A DNA stretch of 64,000 bases from Candidatus Uhrbacteria bacterium (GTDB taxonomy: Bacteria; Patescibacteriota; Patescibacteriia; UBA9934; GWF2-40-263). Numbering within the stretch: position 1 is the stretch's first letter; every line of letters begins with the position of its first letter. This document shows, piece by piece, positions 50,897-59,973 of the stretch. A program made the position numbers and the translations under genes. The notes under the pieces are model-generated. The model was not told where the DNA came from. It worked only from the letters and a program-made list of their open reading frames with translations, and made no database searches. The DNA lies in NCBI GenBank assembly GCA_016219925.1, contig JACRJU010000015.1:4672-68671 (forward strand). The letters run 5' to 3'.

Positions 50897-51892
50897 ATGG
50901 AAAAAAAATTCGTTGCCAATAAAGCGTTTTTGATCAACCCCCAAGGAAAAATTTTGCTTATTCGTTATGCGGGCGAGGGCGATCATGCCAACTCCGCCGG
51001 CCGATTGGATATTCCCGGCGGGCGGATGGAAGCACACGAGCATCCCCGTGAAGGTTTGGCGCGTGAAGTGAAAGAAGAGGTAGGGATTTCGATTGACCCC
51101 GCGCTCGCGCGTCCGTTTTATATTGATCTTTGGGGCGTGCGTGGCGATGTCGAACACGAACCCATCGTCGGGGTTTTTTATGCGGTGCCGGTTCGGGACG
51201 AGGCCATCACCTTGTCGGATGAGCATAAAGAATCTGTGTGGTATGACCCACGAGGGCCGTTGCCTGAAGGACTGACCGATGCGGTGCGCGGAGCGATTGA
51301 GGCGTATCGAAATAACGAAGGCATCGTGACCGCCGCGGACGATGCGATCAAAGGACGCGAAGGGTTTGGATTGATTCAGGTTTTTACCGGCAACGGGAAA
51401 GGGAAGACCACAGCCGCCCTTGGGGAGGCCATGCGCGCACACGCGATCGGTAAGCGCGTTGTCATTATCTATTTTGACAAAGGAGGAACGACGCATTATT
51501 CGGAGCGCAAGATTTTAGAGAAGCTTGGGATACCGTTCGTTGCGACCGGACGCGACCGTATTGACCCCGTCACCGGTCGGTTTGATTTTTCGATTCTCGA
51601 AGAAGATAAACAAGAAGCCGCGCGCGGTTTAGCAGAAGCAGAAAAAGCCCTGGCGCAAGGGATTGATCTTATCGTCCTCGATGAGATCAACTCAACCGTT
51701 TCTTTGGGAATGCTGGATGAATCTTCTGTTCTTCATCTGCTTAAGAAAAAACCTGAGCGGACTGAACTTGTGTTGACGGGTCGCAATGTGCCAGATTCAT
51801 TTATCCAAAAAGCGCACCTTGTGAGCGAGATGCGCCTGCGTAAGCATTATTTTTACTCGGGCGTTCCGGCGCGCGAGGGATTGGATTTTTAG
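50897..51892 (+). CDS. NUDIX hydrolase fused to cob(I)alamin adenosyltransferase (CobO/BtuR-like)
   Basis: PGGRME..E....L.REV.EE.G; FTGNGKGKTTAALG.A.RA, LDEIN, LTGR, A..G.DF. Confidence 0.88.
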   Translation: MEKKFVANKAFLINPQGKILLIRYAGEGDHANSAGRLDIPGGRMEAHEHPREGLAREVKEEVGISIDPALARPFYIDLWGVRGDVEHEPIVGVFYAVPVRDEAITLSDEHKESVWYDPRGPLPEGLTDAVRGAIEAYRNNEGIVTAADDAIKGREGFGLIQVFTGNGKGKTTAALGEAMRAHAIGKRVVIIYFDKGGTTHYSERKILEKLGIPFVATGRDRIDPVTGRFDFSILEEDKQEAARGLAEAEKALAQGIDLIVLDEINSTVSLGMLDESSVLHLLKKKPERTELVLTGRNVPDSFIQKAHLVSEMRLRKHYFYSGVPAREGLDF

Positions 51893-53157
51893 CGAAGCAA
51901 AATCGTGGCCAAACCGAGGAACGTCAGGAATCCCAGGACGTCTGTCGCGGTGGTGATGAACACCGTGGCTGAAGAGGCTGGATCTTTTCCGAGACGTTTC
52001 ATAATGAGCGGGACGAGTGTTCCAAAAAATCCGGCGACAAGAAGATTTGTCATCATGGCGATGCTTAAGACGAGGGCTAAACGCAGATCATGATTAAACA
52101 AGATGACAATGGCCGCTACAATCAGACCGTTGATCACCCCGTTGATGAGACCGGCTAAAAGTTCACGAGAAATCGTCGGCCACGCCGTTTTCAAATCGAT
52201 TTGATTGAGCGTGATGCCGCGCACCAAAACGGCGAGCGTTTGCGTTCCGGCGTTGCCGCCCATGCCTGCAACGATTGGCATATAGACGGCCAGCAAAACA
52301 TATTTTGAAATGGTTTCATCAAACAAGCTCACCGTGAACGAAGCGAGAAACGCCGTGGCAAGGTTGATGATGAGCCATTTGTAACGCGAGGATACCTTCG
52401 CCCATGTGGAATCTGCGACCGTTTCCTCCTGACGCACGCCGGCCAAATGGTAAAGCGAAGCGGATTCGTGTTTAGAGATGCGACTGAGCAAGTCATCGGA
52501 ATAAATAACCCCGATCACGTTTCCGGTTTTACCTCGTACGACCACGCGCGCGTGCGGATGCTGGCGGAAGACTTCCAGGACTTCTGCATGGTTGGCGTCA
52601 TGGGCGATGGAGGGGACGTGTCGGATGAGTCGTTCGATCGGCTCGCTTGGACGAGCGATGGCCAAGGCGTGGCCGGGAATGTAGCCGATGATTTTGTTCG
52701 CGCGCATCGCGATGACGGTTGGGATGCGGCCCGTGCGCGATTCATGCTCTTTGATTTTGCGCGCTACGGCTTGAACCGTTTCACCCGTTTCGATTTGGAT
52801 ATAGTCCGCACTCATGAGTCCCGCGGCCGTTTGCGGATCAAACGACGACAAGAGCTCGACGCTATTTTTCAGCTCGCGCGTGAGGCGCGAGATCAAACGG
52901 TGTCGTCGGAGTTTTGGGAATTGTCTTAAGAGGTCCGTTGTTTGATCGGGATCCAACTCATTGAGCGCTTCAATGATGACTTCATCTTTGATTTTTCTTG
53001 CGATGTCATTGAGGGTTTGTTTACCGAGGTTGCACAAGAGCACCGCTCGAATTTCCGGCGCAAGCGAAAGGAAGCGTTTGACACGCTCCTTTTTGTTGAA
53101 TTGCATTTGGTGCACGAGTTCACGCACGTCGCGCGCGGAAAATTTTTTTGTTGCCAT
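51889..53157 (-). CDS. mgtE: Magnesium transporter MgtE
   Basis: TAAGLM, CBS-like region, GMGGNAGTQ, DPA......TTATD. Confidence 0.92.
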   Translation of the reverse strand: MATKKFSARDVRELVHQMQFNKKERVKRFLSLAPEIRAVLLCNLGKQTLNDIARKIKDEVIIEALNELDPDQTTDLLRQFPKLRRHRLISRLTRELKNSVELLSSFDPQTAAGLMSADYIQIETGETVQAVARKIKEHESRTGRIPTVIAMRANKIIGYIPGHALAIARPSEPIERLIRHVPSIAHDANHAEVLEVFRQHPHARVVVRGKTGNVIGVIYSDDLLSRISKHESASLYHLAGVRQEETVADSTWAKVSSRYKWLIINLATAFLASFTVSLFDETISKYVLLAVYMPIVAGMGGNAGTQTLAVLVRGITLNQIDLKTAWPTISRELLAGLINGVINGLIVAAIVILFNHDLRLALVLSIAMMTNLLVAGFFGTLVPLIMKRLGKDPASSATVFITTATDVLGFLTFLGLATILLR

Positions 53158-53223
53158 ACCTCCGTTGGCTTCTATTGTACACCGAGCTTTCGCTTCAAAC
53201 AAAAAAGACCTCCCATTGGATGA

Positions 53224-53300
53224 AGACCGATTTGTGACCATATCTCCAGGCCAACGGACTCATCGTCGTTGTTCCCTCCGATAGGGTCACAAATCTGTCT
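53224..53300 (+). repeat. Palindromic element copy D: 21-bp imperfect stem + 35-nt core
   Basis: AGACCGATTTGTGACCATATC-[TCCAGGCCAACGGACTCATCGTCGTTGTTCCCTCC]-GATAGGGTCACAAATCTGTCT. Confidence 0.9.
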
Positions 53301-53334
53301 CCTGTGCCTTGAACGGTCTTGTGATACGAATGAT

Positions 53335-53409
53335 TGGTCGGGCTGGCGGGACTTGAACCCGCGGCCTCTTCGTCCCGAACGAAGCGCGCTACCACTGCGC
53401 CACAGCCCG
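53335..53409 (-). tRNA. tRNA-Pro(CGG)
   Basis: CGGGCTG acceptor stem, loop TTCGGGA, CCA. Confidence 0.95.
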
Positions 53410-53442
53410 ACGAATCATTCCTATTTTTTCTTAAACAATGAG

Positions 53443-53515
53443 TCGGGCCAGCGGGGCTCGAACCCACGGCCTCCAGACCCCCAGCCTGGCGCTCTACCTA
53501 CTGAGCTATGGCCCG
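53443..53515 (-). tRNA. tRNA-Pro(GGG), CCA not encoded
   Basis: CGGGCCA acceptor stem, loop CTGGGGG, GTTCGAG. Confidence 0.92.
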
Positions 53516-53598
53516 TCTCGTCGTTCAAGCATGTACAACAGGGAGGATCATAGCGTTCCTGTTTATGAAAATCAAGGGACATGGTAACCTTTTCAATT

Positions 53599-54126
53599 AT
53601 GATTTGGCCGATCCTTTCTCTTCTCGCATTTTTTTTGCTTGCCTCGCTCGCCTATGCCGCGTGGCGCGGCGCGCCATGGGTGCCAACCTGGAAACGCGAT
53701 CTCAAACGCATCGAGCGGTTGGCGCAACTTCAAGAAACGGATCGCTTCGTCGAGCTGGGATGTGGAACAGGGCGCGTGTGCCGACACCTCGCGAGAACCT
53801 CCGGGGCCGTATCGCACGGAGTCGAGTTGTCGGTTCTTCAGTGGGCTTATGCGCGTTTGCTTGGTCTGCTTGCTTTTTCCGGCAAGGCCTGCGCCCAGCA
53901 TCACATTTTTTTAGCCGATGCGTTTTATTTTGATCTATCGCCTTATAATGTTGTGTATTTATTTTTGATGCCCGAAACGTATAAAAAAATACGTCGGAAG
54001 CTCACGAGCGAACTGGCTTCCGGCGCGCGGGTGATCACGTATGTGTGGCCTATTCCCGGCTGGACGCCTTCGTATGTGGATCGTGTTGAAGGTAGTCCGG
54101 ATTTATACGTGTATGTGAAGAAGTAG
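53599..54126 (+). CDS. Membrane-anchored class I SAM-dependent methyltransferase
   Basis: TM, GAPWVPT, ELGCGTGR, VYLFL.P. Confidence 0.85.
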   Translation: MIWPILSLLAFFLLASLAYAAWRGAPWVPTWKRDLKRIERLAQLQETDRFVELGCGTGRVCRHLARTSGAVSHGVELSVLQWAYARLLGLLAFSGKACAQHHIFLADAFYFDLSPYNVVYLFLMPETYKKIRRKLTSELASGARVITYVWPIPGWTPSYVDRVEGSPDLYVYVKK

Positions 54127-54129
54127 GTC

Positions 54130-55749
54130 TTATTGTCCGCTCGCTTTTTTTCGTTTGAGCGATCCGATGATTCCCATTGGGATGGTTCGCTTAACCGTCG
54201 CCATCACCTCGTCGAGGCTTTGTGCAGTGGGTTCCACGTCTCCTGGGCTGACGCCACCGTTTTGAATCGTGTTTGCGGCATCGTCGTAATACCACATTGG
54301 CACCTCTTTCATGTGTCCGGTGGCCTGCAGTTTTTGATGATCCACTGGCAGTTCAAGATGTTTTTTCAGGGCCTCGCCCAGTCGCAGAGCTTCAATCACC
54401 GGCCGCAGATCAATACTGCGCTCCTGTCGTGTGATGATATTGGTGTGTCCGGTTGATCGGCGTTGGACGATGAGATCCATCCGTTTTGCCGCGCGCAAAA
54501 ATCCCGGTAGGGCGATATTGTCGCTTTGCACAACAGCCGCTTTCAAATCGGCCGAACCCTGCTTGAGCTTGAGCACTTCTCCTTTGCCAGACGCTTGCAG
54601 GTCCTCCCATTCCTTGGGAAGCTCTTCTGCGCGTTTTTGCTCTTCGACGATATGGTAGTGCAATAAAGGGAGGATAAAATCCAGAACCTTCATCGGGTTA
54701 TCAGAAAAGGCGCGGTTAAGATTCATCATCAACCCAGACAACCCGAACGCGCGGTCGAGCGGATCGTCGCTGATTGTGCCTTTGCCTTCCAGATCGTCGC
54801 GTTTGGCCCAGGCCAGAATTTTTTGAAACGCTTTTTGATTTGCGAGCCCGAGATATTCCGCAACGAGGCTCGAAGCCGTCGCATCGCGCCGGCCGTTTGC
54901 TTTGTTGACGAGATGGTGATCGAACATTCCGCCGAGGTCAACGGTGAGTGTGCCTTTTTTTAACAGATTCTCCGCGGTCTCGCCTTCAGGCAGGGCCGGC
55001 CAAAAGATCACTTGAGCCTTGTCGATACCCGGAAATTTTTTTGTTCCAAAACGCGCGAGCAAGTACGCGGCGGTTGCGGTATCAGCTTGGATTTTTGGAA
55101 ATAACACCATCGTGTGTACAGGGATGCCCGCATCGTCAACAAATTTTTCCTGCGCGTCATCCCAGAAGTATCGTTTGAAATCGTTGTCCGACTTGCCGAC
55201 GAGCACCAGTTTGCCATCGAGAACAAGCGGAGGATCGAGCGGGGATTGTTTTGGCTTTTCATCAATAAACGGATCGTCGCCGCCGATCGAAACGTGAAAA
55301 TCTTTGTTTTCTTTGAGAAGACCGGAAGACAAAAGTTGTTGCCTGATGGTGACAAGCGGATTTCCCGAGTTCGCGTCTTTATCCCCCGAGCTTGCGACAG
55401 TTCCGTCGAATGACGGGGTCGAGGGGGCACGCACCGTTTTATCCCCCGAGCTTGTCGAGGGGGCAGAGGCGGACTGTGGGGTGAGATAGGTGTAAGAGCC
55501 CATTTGGCCGTAACCGTCGAATGTAAGAGTCGCGCGCGAAAGCGGCAGGTTTACGGTTTGCGAAAGAGTTTTCAGTTGAGCGGTCAGGGCTTCAACATCA
55601 ACGGAATCAAAATAACCGACCGTCAGATGATGTTCAGGTCGCTTTATGCGTTTTTCAATGCCATTTTTTCTCCAGGAGACGACCTGCGGATGCTGTTCGA
55701 TCTGTTCAAACGGCAGGTCGTATCCAATCCACGCGGATAAAAGGATCAT
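54130..55749 (-). CDS. 2H phosphoesterase-like domain fused to a DHH/MYG1-like domain
   Basis: HLTVGY...FHVSIG; ADTATAAYLL, VDLGGMFDHH, TASSLV. Confidence 0.65.
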   Translation of the reverse strand: MILLSAWIGYDLPFEQIEQHPQVVSWRKNGIEKRIKRPEHHLTVGYFDSVDVEALTAQLKTLSQTVNLPLSRATLTFDGYGQMGSYTYLTPQSASAPSTSSGDKTVRAPSTPSFDGTVASSGDKDANSGNPLVTIRQQLLSSGLLKENKDFHVSIGGDDPFIDEKPKQSPLDPPLVLDGKLVLVGKSDNDFKRYFWDDAQEKFVDDAGIPVHTMVLFPKIQADTATAAYLLARFGTKKFPGIDKAQVIFWPALPEGETAENLLKKGTLTVDLGGMFDHHLVNKANGRRDATASSLVAEYLGLANQKAFQKILAWAKRDDLEGKGTISDDPLDRAFGLSGLMMNLNRAFSDNPMKVLDFILPLLHYHIVEEQKRAEELPKEWEDLQASGKGEVLKLKQGSADLKAAVVQSDNIALPGFLRAAKRMDLIVQRRSTGHTNIITRQERSIDLRPVIEALRLGEALKKHLELPVDHQKLQATGHMKEVPMWYYDDAANTIQNGGVSPGDVEPTAQSLDEVMATVKRTIPMGIIGSLKRKKASGQ

Positions 55750-55843
55750 AGTACTTCTCATTATACAAAAAGAAGAGCCCCGCGCGAAGTCGAGTTCAGC
55801 CGTGATATGCACGGGACTCTTCTTCTCACGGGGCGAGATGGGT

Positions 55844-56293
55844 CTACAGGGTGGTCACCGTGACCACCCCGCCGTTGGTGTCCGGGCCGTAGATGCGCCA
55901 GGCACTCGTCGTCAGACCGAACTCGACGCGACAGCCCGGGGTGCTGTACGTGGGCTTGACGTTGACGGAGAGGAAGTACTGCACTTCCCCGTCGCGCCAC
56001 GACGGGGTCACGCGCCGGAGGTTGATCTCCACCGTGCCCTTCGCGACGCCGTCCACGACCTCGACGCCGTCGAAGAGGTGAACGAACACGCCCGCGATCT
56101 TGCCGCGGCGGTGGGTGGGCACGTTGCCCTCGGCCGTGATGTCCTCGAGCTGGCACTGGCCGATGACGACGAACGCCGTCTCCAGTTCGTCGATGTGGAA
56201 CTTCGCGATCGCGAGCGTTCCGCCCTTGGGGCCGGGCTTGCTACTGGTGGCGTACGGCCTTGCACACGCGATCAGGGTCTCGAGCTTCATCAT
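55844..56293 (-). CDS. GC-rich hypothetical protein
   Basis: AAGGAG SD, strong GC3 bias, TTGACA promoter near 56430, downstream hairpin. Confidence 0.65.
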   Translation of the reverse strand: MMKLETLIACARPYATSSKPGPKGGTLAIAKFHIDELETAFVVIGQCQLEDITAEGNVPTHRRGKIAGVFVHLFDGVEVVDGVAKGTVEINLRRVTPSWRDGEVQYFLSVNVKPTYSTPGCRVEFGLTTSAWRIYGPDTNGGVVTVTTL

Positions 56294-56547
56294 CTTCTCC
56301 TTGCTGTCAGAATCCTCGAGAGGACGAAATCACCATGATCCCGCCCCCAGCTTCTCCCCATTTCCTTCGATCTGGGTAGAATGAGAGGCGCGATTGACGC
56401 TAGAACATATCACGTTTTAGGGCTTTTGTCAAGATGAGGCGTCCATATTTTCGCTTATTTTCAATCAAAAATAGCCACTTTACAGAAAATCCAAGATCGT
56501 ATACTTATATACACATCATTTAATTCGACATTTTCGAGAGGAGGCCT

Positions 56548-56988
56548 ATGACCATTGACGATCTTTTAACCATTCAGCCGGGCGCCCGCGTAAGCATCGC
56601 GAACCGGCCGTTTTCCTATGTGGGGCGCAGTGGGCTTAAGCTTGATGACGACTCGATCGTCTACTGGCTTTACGGTGATGATGATGAGCTGTTGAGCGTC
56701 ACGCCCGATGACGAAGAGCTGGTGCTTTTTGAGAGCCTTGAGGATGAGTTGGAGCCGGATGACAGTGTTTTTTTTCGGGGCAAAGAATACGAGTTTAGTT
56801 ACGAGAGCGCTGGGAAGATTACGCAAGTGGAAGGTGAGGCCGATACGGAAATGGATGATCGGTACCTGTTTTCTGAATATCAGTCGCCAGAAGGCGAGCG
56901 CTTGCGCATCGTGACAAATGAAAATACCGGCGAAGTGTGCGCCTATCTCGGTCACACCATTTCAGAAGACGACTTGAACGAGATTTGA
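56548..56988 (+). CDS. Acidic hypothetical protein (DUF4178-like?)
   Basis: GAGGAGG SD; 146-aa ORF. Confidence 0.7.
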   Translation: MTIDDLLTIQPGARVSIANRPFSYVGRSGLKLDDDSIVYWLYGDDDELLSVTPDDEELVLFESLEDELEPDDSVFFRGKEYEFSYESAGKITQVEGEADTEMDDRYLFSEYQSPEGERLRIVTNENTGEVCAYLGHTISEDDLNEI

Positions 56989-57004
56989 TAAGATAAGGAG
57001 CGTC

Positions 57005-58198
57005 ATGCACCGCTCCCTTTCGATTATCGTCGTTGGTGTGCTCGTTGTGTTGTCGCTGACCGGAGCGTCGTATTTGGTGCTCACAAAATTTAGTCCTCAA
57101 CGCGAGATCCGCCTTATGCTTGTTGCCATGTCGGCTCAAGGGGCGTTTTCGCAAAATAGCGGCTGGAGCTGGACGCACACAGTAAATCAGAAACAGATCA
57201 CAACCACGCTCTATACTTCTGGTCAGATTGACTGGAGCGATCCCGCACGCATCAATCACCGCAGTGCGTTTCATCTTGTGCGTGTTGGGGACGAGAACGC
57301 CTATGCAAATCTTTCAGGCGAGTGGCGTCGGGTCAACGGCGTAGACTATCTGACGTATCATCCTCCCGGTCCCGTCGTTCCCGGCGTGGATTTTTCACAA
57401 GACGGCACATGGGTTTCTTTTGAGCAAAAAGAATTGGCCTCGTGGGGACCGATTTTGTTGGGGGTTGATGTCCCGCTTGATCTGACGCTCACCAAAACCG
57501 TATGGACACCCGAGGGATTGGAGCGTCTTCATGAGCTGTTGTCTGTGGCAGACGTTTTTCTCGTTTCTTACAACGGTCTGACTGAATTGATCGATGGCGC
57601 GCAAACGCGCATTCTGGACGCTCGGTTTGATAGCGATGCCTTACACGCATTCACCAATGCGCTCGTGCGCGCAAAAGAAGGCGACGAACCGACTGATGCC
57701 CAGCGCATCCGTGCCACAATGCTCGCCGATCAATTGCGACAACTCTCGCTCCGCTTCTGGATCGGCACAAAAGATCATCGTCTGTATCGTCTGCAAACGG
57801 CGGGTCCGATTTCGCAGGACAACGGGCAAGATCCAGTTCAAGCCGACATCCGCATCGATTTTCATTTTCCAAAACCCGCAGAGCTTATTGAGCCGCCATC
57901 GCGCGCGCTCACTTTCGCCACCCTGCTTCACGCCACGCTCACACCCTCCGCAAACGGCTCTCGCACCCTTGGCTCGCAACAGACTTTTGTGAATGATGCC
58001 ACCGTGCGTCTTCCGATTCAGCAAATAATTGACACGGAAGACATTGACAACGACGGCTTGCCCAGTTTATTGGAAGCCTTTTATGGAACAGATCCGACGC
58101 GTGCGGATTCGGATGGTGATGGTGTGAACGACGGTGATGAGGTGTCTCAAGGCAGAAATCCAAGCGGGAAGGGATCACTGTTTGGATTTGGTTTATGA
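57005..58198 (+). CDS. Membrane-anchored protein with C-terminal Ca-binding (TSP3-like) repeat
   Basis: DIDNDGL...E...GTDP..ADSDGDG..DGDE. Confidence 0.75.
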   Translation: MHRSLSIIVVGVLVVLSLTGASYLVLTKFSPQREIRLMLVAMSAQGAFSQNSGWSWTHTVNQKQITTTLYTSGQIDWSDPARINHRSAFHLVRVGDENAYANLSGEWRRVNGVDYLTYHPPGPVVPGVDFSQDGTWVSFEQKELASWGPILLGVDVPLDLTLTKTVWTPEGLERLHELLSVADVFLVSYNGLTELIDGAQTRILDARFDSDALHAFTNALVRAKEGDEPTDAQRIRATMLADQLRQLSLRFWIGTKDHRLYRLQTAGPISQDNGQDPVQADIRIDFHFPKPAELIEPPSRALTFATLLHATLTPSANGSRTLGSQQTFVNDATVRLPIQQIIDTEDIDNDGLPSLLEAFYGTDPTRADSDGDGVNDGDEVSQGRNPSGKGSLFGFGL

Positions 58199-59973
58199 GT
58201 GCCCTGCGAAAATCTCGATGGTCAGATCGTTCGACGCCAAAGCGCGACACGCGTCTGCAGACCTTGCGGTTATTTATGTTGCTGTTTGCTTGCGTGATCG
58301 GGGTGAAACTGTTTGTCTTGCAAATTATTGATCATGGTTTTTATCAAGCTCTCGCCAGCGGCCAGCACGAGATTTTGCGCAACCTCATCCCAAATCGGGG
58401 CACCGTTTTTGTTCATGATTATAAAGATGAAAAATTGATTCCGGTAGCAACGAATCAGCTGCTCGCGCAGGTATACGCCGATCCACGCAAAGTCACGGAT
58501 CCCGAATCAACCGCTCAAGCGCTTGCAAAAATTTTTGGCTACGACGAAAAAAAAACTGCCGCTTTGCAAAAGCGTCTCGACCAACCGCAGGATCCGTATG
58601 AACCCATCGAACGCGAAGTGCCTGACGATCAACTTGATCGCCTGACCGCTTTAAATCTTCCCGGCATTGAGTTCACCCGCGAGGCATCGCGGTTGTACCC
58701 CGAGGCGTCCATGAGCGGGCATGTGATCGGATTTATGGGTTCAGATCAAGATGGAAATCGGTCGGGCAAATATGGGATTGAAGGATTTTTTAACGAGCTC
58801 CTTTCTGGGATTCCCGGAACTCTGCGTTCTGAAAAAGATATTTCCGGGCGACTGATTGCCGTGGGCGAACACGCGCTTGTTCCCGCTGTTGACGGAGCGG
58901 ATGTGGTTTTGACACTTGATCGCACCATCGAATTCAAAGCGTGTACGCTGTTGAAAGCCGCCGTGGAAAAACATGGCGCGGACGGCGGGAGTATCCTTGT
59001 GGTTGATCCTTCGACCGGGAAAATCTTGGCTATGTGCGGTGCGCCGGATTTTGATCCCAATCATTATTCATCGGTGAAATCCATCAATCAATTTAACAAT
59101 CCAACCATTTTTGATGCCTACGAACCCGGCTCGGTTTTCAAACCGATCACCATGGCCGCGGCCCTCGACGTTGGAGCCGTCACGCCTTCCACACATTTTG
59201 TGGACACTGGTTCGGTGAAAGTCGAGGGGTGGCCCAAACCGATCGGTAATGCGGAGGGGAAGTCTTACGGCGATTCCGACATGACAAAAGTGCTTGAAGA
59301 TTCGATCAATACCGGCATGGTTTTTGCCATGCGACAGATGGGGCAGGATGTGTTTGTGGATTATGTGAAGCGATTTGGTTTGGGAAAATTTACAGGGATC
59401 GAGCTTGAAACTGAAGCGTCGGGAAACATTTCAGCGCTCGAAAAAAAACCTGAACTGTATAAAGCCACCGCGACGTTTGGACAGGGGATCACCGCAACAC
59501 CACTCCAACTCCTCATGGCTTATGCGGCCATGGCGAACGGCGGGATGTTGAAGAAGCCGCTGATTGTGGATGAGGTGCGATATGCCGATGGGCGCGTGGA
59601 AAAACGCGAGCCACAGGATGTGGGGCGGGTGATGGATGAAAAAACATCGCGCACGATTGGGGCGATGTTGGTTTCGGTGATTGAACACGGTCATGGAAAA
59701 AAGGCCGGAGTGCCTGGATATTACATTGCGGGCAAAACCGGTACGGCGCAGGTTGCACGTCGTGATGGCAATGGCTATTCGGAAGACTCAACGATTGGTT
59801 CATTCGCGGGGTTTGGACCGGTTGAAGCGCCGAAATTCGCGATGATCGTGCGTGTGGATCATCCGCGCGATGTGGTGTGGGCGGAGTCTACGGCCGCGCC
59901 GCTATTTGGGGAAATGGCCCAGTTTCTGTTACAGTATTTCGAAGTACCACCCGTAAGAAAAGTTGAATTATGA
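58195..59973 (+). CDS. Class B penicillin-binding protein (FtsI-like)
   Basis: EPGSVFKP (SxxK), SIN (SxN), GKTGTAQ; adjacent to murF. Confidence 0.93.
   Translation: MSALRKSRWSDRSTPKRDTRLQTLRLFMLLFACVIGVKLFVLQIIDHGFYQALASGQHEILRNLIPNRGTVFVHDYKDEKLIPVATNQLLAQVYADPRKVTDPESTAQALAKIFGYDEKKTAALQKRLDQPQDPYEPIEREVPDDQLDRLTALNLPGIEFTREASRLYPEASMSGHVIGFMGSDQDGNRSGKYGIEGFFNELLSGIPGTLRSEKDISGRLIAVGEHALVPAVDGADVVLTLDRTIEFKACTLLKAAVEKHGADGGSILVVDPSTGKILAMCGAPDFDPNHYSSVKSINQFNNPTIFDAYEPGSVFKPITMAAALDVGAVTPSTHFVDTGSVKVEGWPKPIGNAEGKSYGDSDMTKVLEDSINTGMVFAMRQMGQDVFVDYVKRFGLGKFTGIELETEASGNISALEKKPELYKATATFGQGITATPLQLLMAYAAMANGGMLKKPLIVDEVRYADGRVEKREPQDVGRVMDEKTSRTIGAMLVSVIEHGHGKKAGVPGYYIAGKTGTAQVARRDGNGYSEDSTIGSFAGFGPVEAPKFAMIVRVDHPRDVVWAESTAAPLFGEMAQFLLQYFEVPPVRKVEL

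Noticed and set aside
12762-53300. 35-nt core as a CRISPR repeat
   Set aside because: Copies are kilobases apart in both orientations, with no repeat-spacer array and no cas genes.
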